Notes under the pieces: model-generated | The model's input: only the letters and a program-made list of their open reading frames with translations | What the model was told of the DNA's origin: nothing | Databases searched by the model: none | Source: Octopus vulgaris | Lineage: Eukaryota | Assembly: GCA_951406725.2 (NCBI GenBank) | Contig: OX597815.1 | Location: 38,068,001-38,132,000 of the forward strand | DNA: 64,000 bases | Direction of reading: 5' to 3' | Position numbers and translations under genes: made by a program | Shown: positions 1 through 13,850 of the stretch, piece after piece | Layout: each line of letters starts with the position of its first letter | Position numbering within the stretch: position 1 is the stretch's first letter

Positions 1-1466
1 AAGAAGCTGAACAGAAAATACGACCATAAAAATGGTAATTGAAATCTATGAACAAATCGAAAGAAAAGAATCAAGTAAACGATCCAAACCAACGTAAAAG
101 GAGTGGGGGGTCTCGGTTAAAGGACATACTTCTCCAATGATAACCGTGTGTTCTGAAACAATCCTAAAATCTCGTTTATAAAAATTGGAAAATCTAATAC
201 ACATGTTATGAACACACCTGCCAATGATGTGGTACAAAAGTCTGGGTAATTAATTTGATTGAATTTCAATGAACGAAATAGTATTCTTCAATGAATTCAA
301 CAGAGAGTTGTTTCCTAATCTAGGCAATAGACCAGCAATTTTTATGGACAGACAGTTAGTCGATACTATTGATTCCTGTATTGATTGGTATTATATTTAA
401 TCGATCCTATGAAAGAGTGAAAAGCAAAGTTGAGACTACCGCGATTTGAACTTACAATACAAAGATCCAGAAGAAATTCATGATGGTAGTTATTCAGGCA
501 CTCGAAAGAAAATTATTTCTTAGGGATATAATTCAGCAAGAAAATGTGAACAATATTATGAATTAAAAAATGACCCTCAGAAATACCAATAAAAGAAACA
601 AGAGCATAAATACCGCCAAGTTATATAAAATAATATATGCAACATCCACTGTAATTATAAACGGAAGTTGGTGCTCAGTCAGATCCAACTAAGCAGAAAT
701 AGCCAAGGAAAAAAATACAGAAAAGAAATATCCAGACTATGATAGAAAATATCTCTGTTAATCGTCAATGAATTCAATAACGAGATGACAAAACTGAAAA
801 TGGAAGGAGAGACAAATACCATATAGATAAAATATAACATGACAGAAAAAAATAATCAATAAAAAAATGGAAAAACAAATATCCGAAGTCAAAGAAAATA
901 TCCTCGCTAAATTGCAAAGAAGATTCCTATGAAAAATAACAATGCTTATTTAAAATCAATAAATTGGACTGCAGTTCAAAATGATTTTATCAAGAGCTTA
1001 CTACAAATGAAATAGAAATGACTGTAGCGTCAACTGCAGGAGAAACAGAGGCAGCAGCGAAGCGATCACTACTTGCTAGAATTTTCAAAGTAATGCAAAC
1101 AACATCTGATCAATTGTGCGAAATCGTAACGTAAAAGAAAGCCAAAATGTTGCGCAAAAGTCTCCGAACACAAAAATATTTCAAAATATTTGTGTGATGA
1201 CGCCCGCACATAAAAAATATTTCAAACGTCATTTTGAAATGTTTCAAGGGTCAAGTTTATAGTCAACAGAGAGTTTTAATTGGCGACAGATGGTACCAGG
1301 AATGCCATCTAAGAAATTCAAGTGGGAAACCTGTTTTACAGGAGGCAAAATGTACAAGAGATTCTAAAAGCAACAGATAGAACTTTCCTTACTACGATCT
1401 ACAAAAATCTTATATCAAAGATCCATACTTCAGCCTTTCAGTTGTAAATTGCGAATAAGCCAACTT

Positions 1467-1530
<64 letters not shown>

Positions 1531-1997
1531 CCATGATGACCCTGAAATGTTTTGAAGAGCGCACGCGAGAATTAGAGAAATTAAATAAGAACATTAATAA
1601 CATGCTAGTTGACGAAACTGAGATAAGTGATAGAAAAATAATTATGAAATAATAAACCAGAAAATATACAAACGAAAGAAAGTTTAGAATGAGATATTTT
1701 AAGCGCATTAAATAAATTCTGAAACCAGAACTCATTCCAAAAAGATAAGGTAATAGGCATTAGTAATAAATTATACTTCTAATATTCTCACTTGGACGGA
1801 AAAACAAAATAACAAGACTAGACTGAAAAAAAATTGTATGCGTTTAGAGCATACTACTAAAACTTGAAGCTGGAAAGATTATATTTTCACAAACATAAAG
1901 AGTAAGTGGCTTTATAGAACAAAGAACCTATTCCAAAATATACTTTGTAAGACTATGAAAATACTTAGCAATAAAGAATGGAAAACTAGTACACACG

Positions 1998-2031
<34 letters not shown>

Positions 2032-2039
2032 CATACACA

Positions 2040-3136
<1,097 letters not shown>

Positions 3137-4115
3137 TATATGTGTGTTTGTGTGTGTGTGTGTGTGTGTGTATGATAAGAACAAAATAAAATAAAGTATT
3201 TTCGGGTTTCAAAGACTCAAAGAGGTACAAAACACACTGAAATGGGAGGCGTGCTGTGGGTGAAAATAGATACCAACACATATTGTGAAGAGCCTAAAAT
3301 GTCTTACAAAATTGATACTGAATTCCCTTATATGGGAAGTATGAGACAAATTTCAATATAGTAGAAATAGACTAGTTCAACAGTGGTACTGGTTGCAGAA
3401 CAAGATCGAATTCTTCCTACAAGAAACAATTAAAATCAAGTAATGAGGCATGTTGCATTAATTTACCGAACATTATCTCAGTAGGAGGAAGAAACGTTTA
3501 CCAACATTTTCTCTCGTTGTGAGACTTAGCTAAGAAACAATACATTTAAAAGCGTGATATAATTTGGTGCTTATATATTATAAATATTATGCTAATATTA
3601 GTAAATGCTAGTAGATAAATGAGATCATAGGTATACACAGTAAAAACCCACACACAATGTAAAAATATACCAACAACATAGAATAACATAGGACAAGATA
3701 AACGTAGTCAAAATGATGAAAGTCTATTGGATGTTATTATCAATGTCTACTAGGAAAAAGAAAGTCCTGCTAATTTCAAAGAAATGCAGAAACTATCTGA
3801 ATGGAATAATCTTGACACACAGATATACTGAAACTGTGGAATGTAAGTTGGAAGCAAGAGCTATGGTGATAAGTAGTGATAAATGCTTTGGAAATAATAA
3901 TGAAAACATAAGCAAGCAAGTACATGATTATAGCCACAAGACTTAGAATTATCCACAAAATACAAGAAATAATAGTATTAGGTATCGCATATATGTTACA
4001 ATGATTAATTACAATTGAACAAAACCCATATCCTAAACAAAACATGGCACATATTCGTGTTATACAAAATTGCACTCGGTAGTACAACAGAAGTGTGCAA
4101 TACAAATAGGAGTTG

Positions 4116-4184
<69 letters not shown>

Positions 4185-4211
4185 TGATCTACGGCTACTA
4201 TCACCAGCAAA

Positions 4212-4257
<46 letters not shown>

Positions 4258-4334
4258 ATACTACGACTACTACTGGTTTCTAATTAAGGCACAAGGCCTT
4301 AAGGCAGTTTTAGGGGAGATTGTTAGTAAATTCT

Positions 4335-4830
4335 TTTTACTATAGGCACGAAGCCCGAAATTTGAGGGAGGATAATAATCCATTACATCGATTCCATTGC
4401 GTAACTAGTACTCATTTTATCAATCCCGAACGGGTGAAAGGCAAAGCCGACTTCGGTGGAATTTGAATTCGGAATGTAACCTCGGACGAAATGCGGCTAA
4501 GCATTTTGCCCGGCGTGCTAACGATTCTTATTTCTTTATTGCTCACAAGAGGCTAAACATAGAGGGGACAAACAAGGATAGACACAGGGATTGAGTCGAC
4601 TACATCGACCCCAGTGCGTAACTAGTACTTAATTTATCGACCCCGAAAGGATGAAAGTCAAAGTCGAACTCGGTGGAATTTGAACTCAGAACATAAAACA
4701 GACGAAATACCTATTTCTTTACTACCCACAAGGAGCTCAACACAGAGGGGACAGACAAGGACAGACAAACGGATTAAGTCGATTATTCGACCCGAGTGCG
4801 TAACTGGTACTTATTTAATTGACCCCGAAA
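4335..4830 (-). mobile_element. Three head-to-tail S1 SINE pieces
   Basis: Repeats of atcgaccccagtgcgtaact.gtactt..tttatcgaccccgaaa at about 4385, 4605 and 4787. Confidence 0.88.
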
Positions 4831-5033
4831 AAAGAAAAGCATAAAAAAATTAAAGAGCCATACCAGCATTATAATGTACCCTGTAAATATAGAAAATGAG
4901 TTCTGCATGTCGAGCACATGAGTGACAGTCGGAATGAACATTCGAAGAAACTCTTGAACACTTTTACTTGTTTCAGTCATTTGACTGTGGCCATACTGGA
5001 GCACCGCCTTTAGTCGAGCAAATCGAATCCCAG

Positions 5034-5073
<40 letters not shown>

Positions 5074-8000
5074 CGGGCGTACGAAGCCAAAGTCATCACC
5101 TAATTGGGTGGTAGAGAGGAATATGATATTAAAAGTACCAGAAATACCCTGATGTATAGGCTTCTACTTTGTTTGTCAAAGATAGGAAAACCTTAAAAAC
5201 CAAAAATTAGCTCGTTACTCACTTAGAAAGAGATGCAAAAAGGAAACCGTATTGATATACATAGCAGGTAAATGTGAAGTAAGATGTTATATAAGTGTAA
5301 AACAAGAAAACAAGCATCATAATGTCTTTGATTGCCGAAAAGAATTTATAGAATACAAAACTGTTGAATATTGTATAGAGATTCCGAATAAGTGAAACAG
5401 TACAAATACGAACAAACTATACCTACAAGAATTCCACAGAGCAGAAAAATGATTAGACTACAATATCAGAGCAAAACTAATTGAACTACAATATAATTAC
5501 AATGGGAAGAGAAAATAAATTAAACCAGCCTATACCTTCTACGAACAAGCTATATGTCATGTATCCCAATTAGATGACTTGAAAATAATGATTTTGGAAA
5601 ACTGGATATTGTCCATATATTCACTCGAGACATATAATTGTGTGAGACGAGACAAATATGTCAAAGCTACTAAAGGAGAAAAATTAACTAAAGCTGAGAA
5701 AATTCAATTAGATACAATCACCCAAATCAGAGAATTCGAACAGAATGCACGCACAAATAATTAGGAGTTAATGAAACTGAGAAAAATACAGCATTCAGAA
5801 AAGGGGTAAATTAGAAATAATAGTTAATAAATACTTTAGCTGTCTCGCTTTCAGCTATTGCTTCGATATCATTAACTAAAGGAATTGGAGATTTTAAACA
5901 CCATAAAATAACTTGCTGATAACTTTTCTGCACACAAAGTGGGTGTGTTCTGATAAAAATAAAAATCTACTACAATATAAGATCACAAGGACTAATGCAG
6001 TACTGAAAAGCAAGAGAAAATAATGTAATAAAGAAAATAATGTAATAAAAAACACCGAATAAAATCTACTCTTCATACGAAAAAACATTAAAACTTTACT
6101 GAAAGTGACCACACCAAAGAGAAAGATTAGTCGTATACAAATCTGCAGATACGGTTAATAGACAGTAAAGAGAAATACAAAACATAATTCCAAAGTATAT
6201 TGATGATAAACACAGAGAAAAAAATTACCTCCTGGCCATCATATAGCAAGCAGAGAAGCAAAAACAGAAGTTTTGATTTTTATTGATCAGGACAATACCG
6301 AGCTACAAACAACAACAAAAATCAAATAAGGAGAATAGAGATTGATTGATCATATGAAAAGAGCAACTCAACCTTTGTCAAGTTCGAACATATTCACAGA
6401 TACAAAGCTATACTGACTGGACTGATCCCTACGCTTCCGCGTAAAATCTTATAAGAAATTAGTACATGTAGCAACTAGGGCACATGACAACGATTTATCC
6501 ATAACCATCTGAAGCACGCTTGTCGACATTGATAACGAGATCTAAGTAAACCGTTCAGGATTGAATACTAAAATAGATGTCACAGAAATATAGTGCGCCG
6601 TCAGACATAAATATATCAGCGTCACTAAAACAAGATATCATGGATGGTTAAGGTATGTCTGTAAGTATATTATGCACAAACTATGTTGATTAAATAATCT
6701 ACTGTAACAAACAATTAAGACTAAAACCCAAATGGAAGATCTGAAAATAATTCCAATGTTATTTTTAAAAAGTGCAAGAGTAAAAACATACCGACTGCAT
6801 CTATTTGTGAATCAATCAGCACTAAAGCTATAAACGCTGATTTAGTATGTATGATAAATGTTGTTTGTGTGTTCAATTCGAACACCAAATGACGTAAATG
6901 TAGCGATTGATACCTAAATGATGTTTTCATGAAATGTTATCTCACCGCACCCAAAACCTAGACTTCAATTGCGATTACTAAATAAAACTATAAGAAAACT
7001 ATAGAACAAAGAAGAGTGCATTAAAGTACTGTATGCTTCTTATGTTCGGAATGTTACTATATAGAGCACATTTGTGCAGTATAAATGTGCAATGCTTATG
7101 ATAAAACGTTACTACATCAAATATTTATGAGTAGCATAAAAGAAATATGTTAATCATGGAGAAAATATTAAAGTAAAACGAAAATGAATACAAACTTACT
7201 AACGTGTGTAAAGACGTTCGTGATAAACAATAAGTTCCTTGAAACAGAAATAGAAGAAACTATACAAGTGTTCCACACAGGATGTAAAACAGTAAACAAC
7301 ACTTCCCCACCCACTTACAAAATATAAGCTACCACACAAAAGCTGAGAAGCTAACATCAACCAATGAAAGCATCACATTAGAAGTTTTCACACAAGCAAA
7401 CAAAAAAAAACCGCAAAGATCACTCTCATTTAATTTAATCCTCAAAATACATTAAAAATATAATAGGATTCATCACACACTAAGAAAATACGCTAGTACA
7501 ACGTAATAATAACAATAAATGAATAAGTTTAAAATAAATTATGAAGTTCACACAACCTCCTATGAAGAATAAACAATAGAAATATCCAGTACAAAAATGC
7601 ACTTAATTAAAAACAAAATAATACCACTTATCGCAACAGGACAACTAACGTAAACATCAAGGAAAATACATTAGAAGGAAGCGTCAGGGGAAATCTCTGC
7701 TCGAGTATTCTACTTAAGAAGAGCAAAATATGAGACCTTGAAGAAATTCTGTAAAATCACAACCAAATATTAATTAGCAGAATATTCTAATCTATTCAGT
7801 GTTGAAAATATTACCAAGGGAACCGAATAATAAAGAAAGATAATACATATAAATACGCAAGTGATCCTAATCATTTTTAGCTTAACTATAAGTTAAAGGT
7901 TGCATGGATTGAGAAACTTTGACTAGAGATCTGAAAAACATTATTGAAAGTGTTTCGAAATCATTTAGACAGACTATACTTACTGCACATAGTAAAAACG

Positions 8001-9175
8001 AGATTTACATATCAAATGGAAACGTAACTAGGTTCGAGCAATAGACATAGCAATTAATCAGTGTGGTGATGGATCATGAACAACAACATTCTCTAAACTA
8101 AAAGAAATAATACAATGCCAACTAGAAACAGTGATTTCCAAAAACAAAACGAAGAATGCTACGCAAAATGAAAATAGGAAAGGAACAAATAAATACATTT
8201 AATGAAAAAACAGAAGGATTAAAATCCACTCTTTGGACGCTATTTTTCAATATTCGATGCAGAGAGATTAAACGCCTGTAAAAGTCAACAATATTTGAAA
8301 TGTTTGATTTTAGTTGCACATGATTAAGTGCAACAAAATAACCTATAAAATCAAAATAACGAAACGAGAATGTAATATCAATTTCAGGCAATGCTGTCTG
8401 CTATAAAAAAGACATAACTGAGTTGGCAGGTGTGCTTCAATTATTATTTATCTCGTAGAAGCAGCGGCGTAAATATGAACCAAAATGGCTATATTACAAC
8501 AACAATCTTGGCTACAATAACCTGGAGCATACTTGACTGTAATGAGAAAATGATCATTCCAAACGGTTAAGATAACACTAGATAGAGAACAGAACCTGTG
8601 GATTCTAAAAGACATCTAGTTACATTCTGACCACCATATGGTGCTGAAAGAAGTTAAAATCCTATCAAAATATACTTTGAAAGGGAAATAGGCAGTTTAA
8701 ATAGTGTGCAAATAAATAAATAAAATAAATAAATAAATAAAATAAAATAAACCTCAGTAGCAAGATAATCGAAGCAGTAACGATGATGATTATGATGATG
8801 ATGTCAATGATAATAATGATGATGAGTTTGATAATGATGATTGAGAAGAAGAAGGAAAAACATTAAGCTTGTAAGATTTACCACTTTAAGAAAGTTTATT
8901 GAACAGCTTTCATACGCATACTTGTAGTTCAACATAATAGACTATTTAATAGCAAGATTCACGCAATACAATTTCTGCATAACACATGCAACTGCTTACA
9001 CAAACGCCCAGAAATAGGTACGATATACTAAAATGACGTCGGCAACATGTTTCGTTATGTCCTTGGCTTCAAAAGTCATGGTTCTCTGTTCTATTCCAAT
9101 GCGAGATAACATGAACTTGTCTCCTGCTATAGCTACGGTTGTACAAGCCCTATACATGGTAGTGTGAAAACTTAC

Positions 9176-9284
9176 CAGAGACATGCAGTATGTTTCACTC
9201 GTACAGACATATGCATTTAAGTGGGAGTGTATCTTTTGGCGATGTATATCGGCGGAGTAGCCAGCTAAGTTATAAGCAATACTT
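9176..9284 (-). CDS. Candidate host-gene exon E (109 nt, phase 2-0): SIAYNLAGYSADIHRQKIHSHLNAYVCTSETYCMSL
   Basis: Minus strand reads gttatttttgtttag|AAGTATT...TCTCTG|gtaagt. The only open frame begins in phase 2, matching the end of exon D (GG+A = Gly). Confidence 0.65.
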
Positions 9285-9649
9285 CTAAACAAAAATAACA
9301 CAGGTTTTCGATGTAAGTTATACATTCACACACATTGTTACTTTTGTCATTAAAGATGTAGTGAATCAGAGACTGATCTGTTATAAATTAATAACTGACG
9401 ATGCGATTTTTCAAATGTATACAACATAATGGGTAATAAATGAAAGGAACACGCGTAACAAATCAAAGTAGATTTTACAGGCAAACCAAAGCAGAAATCT
9501 CAAAGCTGCACATATGCATACGCAGACTAACACACTCACACACACATACACAAACACATACCCACACACAAACACACACTCAGGAGCACGGATGCATAGC
9601 TGTAAGAAGCTAGCAAAGATATCTCAAATGGTGTTAACTGATCTTGTGG

Positions 9650-10330
9650 CAGTACTTAATTGGCTCACTGTGAGGAAAATCATCATGGTCCAAGACTAAA
9701 GAAAAGACAATATCTAAAATCCCCTCCACACCACCTGCTTTCTTATAGTTATGCCTTATGGCAATTAGTAAATAAGTATCTGAAAATAAGCCTAGCTTTA
9801 GAAGAGCAAAAAGTTAGAAAGCTCATATGTCTGTAAAGAGATAATAATTATGCTGGAATGAAAACGTGTAGGAAATTTGGAAGATCAAAAAATCTATAAC
9901 AAAAAAATGCCGTACGGGAGGGAAGCTTTTAGCTCGATATGGACTGTAGAAAGGCTTTTGAAAGTGTTTCGCTCATGTGGATTCTAACATTAAAAAATAA
10001 ACAGATGCAGCAAACACCTTATTAATAAATGGCAAATATTTCTGCATACATTAAATTTTATAACAGGGAATAACTGAAATAAAAGCCATCCCTATTATAG
10101 GAATAATGTTTCAAGGAGATTCCCAGGCGCTCCACTATTTTTCTGCAAGGTGCTAACAAGTTATATGATACTTCAAGCCTGACAAGACTCGGATATAATT
10201 TTTGCAGAGAGTACACAGATTTATTAAAGTAATTGATAAGGAAATTGAATGAGAAATTACAACAATATTACAAATGGAAAAACAACAATAAGATACAATA
10301 CAGAACTAAAACACTAAGAAACAATGAAAA
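9650..10330 (+). mobile_element. Old R4-type RT remnant
   Basis: MDCRKAFESVSLMWI at about 9939 (IDYKKAFDSVPHSWI-like) and IPIIGIMFQGDS at about 10087. Confidence 0.65.
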
Positions 10331-10738
10331 AGGGAACTAGAAATTCTACAGTCGTGTGCCTGGGTGCCTAAATAGTATATAAAAACAGTAGGGAGTTTAA
10401 TCCTCATGATATTTGATCTAGAATGCTCCTATATTTCAGGAGACTAAGAGAGGTGTATCCAGCCGCAGGAAGATGGTGGTGTTGCGGTCGAATCCATCGT
10501 TTTCCCAGAGGGTCTGAGGGCAATGTCAGTCCGTATTTTAGTGTTGAAGGGCTCTCTGAAATGTTTCCAAGTAACGAAGTCATTGAAGTATCCGATTAGA
10601 ACCAGAGACTTCGGGCATGAAACGGACTACACGATTACATATACTGCAAATATGGAGACCAATAATCATTTGAAATTGCAACACACACGAATGAAACTGT
10701 TTTCGAATTTATTTTATTGATTGCATTAGATAAATACA

Positions 10739-11104
10739 CGAGCAAAACGCCCCCACCCCGTCCAATGGACGGTGCTGAGTTGTCAAACATTTAAACCAAA
10801 TTTTCTCAAAGCCACTTGTCCCCTTCGAGAAACACTGATTTGACCTAAATTTGAGACACAAGCAAAATAAGAAAAGAGAAACTTTTTTTCTATTCCAAGA
10901 AAAACGATTTTACAAATGCACGTTCCCTCGGTTTTATCGATCGCATTCTCACCTGGAATCGATTTTTGTATTTTTTTCCATGACTTATACACGCCCTGAT
11001 ACCGTCGGTATTTGCATATAAAATTTGAGCGCAATCGGTTGGAGGATGCCCGAGATCCTAGAAGACACACAGACAGGCAGACAGAACGGATTTTATATAA
11101 TAGA
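10739..11104 (-). mobile_element. Non-autonomous Helitron-like element, family H1
   Basis: Minus strand has 5' TC, a (CTGT)n tract near the 5' end, a subterminal hairpin ccgtccattggacgg and a 3' CTCG, inserted at A|T. Homologous to 21919-22467. Confidence 0.75.
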
Positions 11105-11299
11105 TAAAACCGAATTAACGGCAAAACACAAAGTAACAACATTGGGGCTGTTGGAGAATATTATACCTGTAACTTTAGCAAGTAATAGTTATATTCTCAA
11201 AATGCTAAGATTAGTCTGACTAAAAAACAAGAAAAGCAACAACTGCATAAGGAAACTAGAACATTTCTTTTTTAACGTTAACTACAGATTTTCTAGAGT

Positions 11300-12345
11300 A
11301 ACTAGAGCCAGCACTTAGAGTTACAACTTTTCGTAAACGAATACGTCTATGTAAACAATGGGAAGATAGGAAAGTTATGTTGGTGTGTATTTCAGAATTT
11401 CTTGCTCCTTCTTCATTTCCACACCCAACCCATTAACTATCCAATAACACATTGCTTATTTAGATACTAAAATGTAATGGTGTAATGCAATCGGTAATAC
11501 CAATGCTGCATATTAAACACACTCCTAACAACAATTATATATCAATTGTTTGTAGAGACACTGTATTTCGATTAATTGCTTGTAGGAACACTCTATTTCG
11601 TTATGCACCCATAATATACTAAAACGCATATTAAAAGTATTATTATTCAATACGGTTTCGTACCGTTTAAGCAGTGCGATTCAATAAATTTTCTTAAAGT
11701 TATCTCAACAGATATTCTATACAAATTACTACCAGCAATGAGAGTTACGACGTTTCGTATACGAATACACCTGCATAATGAATATGATCGAAGATGGTAA
11801 ATAAGGTAAAGAGTGTATATGCATATTTCAGGATTTCTTGCTTCTTCTTCAGCATTACATCCCACTCATTAACCATCCACGAACATATTGCTTCAATAAC
11901 CACTAAAATTAGAAATGTAACACAATTGCATATGCCAATTTTATGTACTAAAATGATTCCTAGCAACAGGTATGTATATGATAATTGCTCGTAAGGACAG
12001 TGCATTTCGTTAAGCAATTATAATATACTATATATATATTAAAGGCTTTGTAAGTCAACACCCTGGTCCTACTGCATTAGAAGAACTCCCGAAATATGCG
12101 TATAAACCCACTACCTCTTTGTCTATCTTCGATCATATTATTTACATTGACGTTTTCTTAAGCGAAAGGTCGGAACTCTTAGTGCTCTAATTTCTATAGA
12201 AAGTGTACAGAGATAACTTAGTAAAAATGTAATTGAAGTGCACTGCTAACATGGTAGGACACAGCATTAACTTATAAAGCCTTCAATATACTTGGTAGTA
12301 CACTATAGTTGCATAACGAAATACGGTGTACCTACCAGTAATTAA
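11300..12345. repeat. Old tandem duplication (about 424-bp period) followed by an inverted third copy
   Basis: agagttac.ac.tttcgta.acgaatac occurs at about 11317 and 11741. About 12075-12345 is the reverse complement of about 11570-11850. Confidence 0.7.
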
Positions 12346-12899
12346 TAGAAAAAGTTTTGTAAATTGCCCACTATAGAAATACAAATGTATCTAAGTGGGT
12401 AACTTGTACGGATATTTTAAAATCACGTTTTCTGACTGTTAAGGTTCCCCACTCACCAAAAAATAGCAGTGGGGCTGAAACGTCAGACAAGACTGAGGAG
12501 AAAGGAAAAAAGATACTGGGAAGAAAATATGAATAGAAATTTGAAGAGGCTAAAAAAAGCAAGTTTGTCATAGGACGGCAGAATATCGTGCTAAAGTTAT
12601 GGCTGAAATAGTCTCTACATGACTAACAACTGAAACAAATGTAAACGGGTGGACATAGACAAATATAAGTCACAGTACTGGCTATGTTTTGTAGGATGAA
12701 AGAAGAAACTAAAAAGTTATTGATATCAGCACCAGTCTTTGCACCAGAAACTACCATAAAATGCAATGTGTTGAATAACTGTTGATTGAATTTCTTAAGG
12801 AGAAAGCTTGGCCAGATTGTCAAATGTACCCAGTCTTATATAAGAGAGAGAGTATTTAAAAGCCTGATAGAGTTGACGATTTTATACACGGGAATTCAT

Positions 12900-13170
12900 G
12901 TCATGATTACGAAATAAAGGTGATCAAGTTTAATCAAGCAGATATTATTATTAAGGGTCTCCATTGAATGGCGTATCTTCTAATGGAAATATCAATCCAG
13001 TCAGTCGCTAGTGTATCCCCCAAGGGAATGGAGATGTTATCCGAATATCAGAACCTCGAAATGCAGCTAACCAGACTGTAAAGACTAAAATAAGAAGCAT
13101 CAAAATCATGCAGAACATACAAGACCTACAGAAAATGGTAGAATTATGCTATGTACACATATTGAACGTA
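12900..13170 (+). mobile_element. Old R4-type RLE remnant
   Basis: LLMEISIQSVASVSPKGMEMLSEYQNLEMQLTRL parallels FLIDVSVPADDNVSLKGMEKLSKYKDLEIEVTRM. Confidence 0.6.
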
Positions 13171-13269
13171 CTGCATGTAGAGAAGGCAGATTAAACTGCG
13201 CTTCGGCTTGCATTGCAAATATTGCAATATAATTATGATTAGTAAATCAGCATCGCCAGCAATAATCGC

Positions 13270-13850
13270 ATTCTTTCTAATTTTAGCACAAGGCTATCAA
13301 TTTTAGGGGCGGGAGTACGTCGATTGCATCGACTGCAGTGCTTCATTAATGCTATATTTAATCAACTACGAAAGTCTTAACGGCGAAATCAACCTTAGTA
13401 GCATTCGAACTCAGAACGTAAAGAGTCGAAAGAAACACCATCAAGCATTTTATCTGAAGCAATACTAATAGTAATTCTTTCAGATTTTATCACAACGCCA
13501 GCAATTTGGGGCGGGAGGATTAGTCCATTACATAGAACTAAGTACTGCACTGGTCCAATATCACATCGAACCAGACATACTGAAGTTCAAAGTTGACCTC
13601 GGCTGGATTGGAACTGAAAGACCCGGAATTAATACGGCAACTAATTTTGCTGACGTCTGAGTAATTCTATAAGATCAAATAATAATCCTTTTTCACTGCG
13701 GTTGTTGTAATCAAATTTGCACTGGTATTTAATTTATCGACACCGAAAGGATGAAAAGCAATGTCAACTTCGGCGGAATTTGAATTCAGAACGTACAGAC
13801 GGCCGGAACACATATAAGGCTAGCGATTCTACCCTCTCGCAACCTTTGAT
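13270..13850 (-). mobile_element. Cluster of three degenerate S1 SINEs
   Basis: Same motifs, e.g. tttatcgacaccgaaaggatgaaaagcaatgtcaacttcggcggaatttgaa. Further degenerate copies at about 340-480, 24640-25040, 27890-28080 and 48960-49078. Confidence 0.75.

Noticed and set aside
5200-8700. Long A-rich stretch suggestive of a decayed LINE (also about 14150-15200 and 22850-23330)
   Set aside because: Only faint motif remnants; too degenerate to call by eye.
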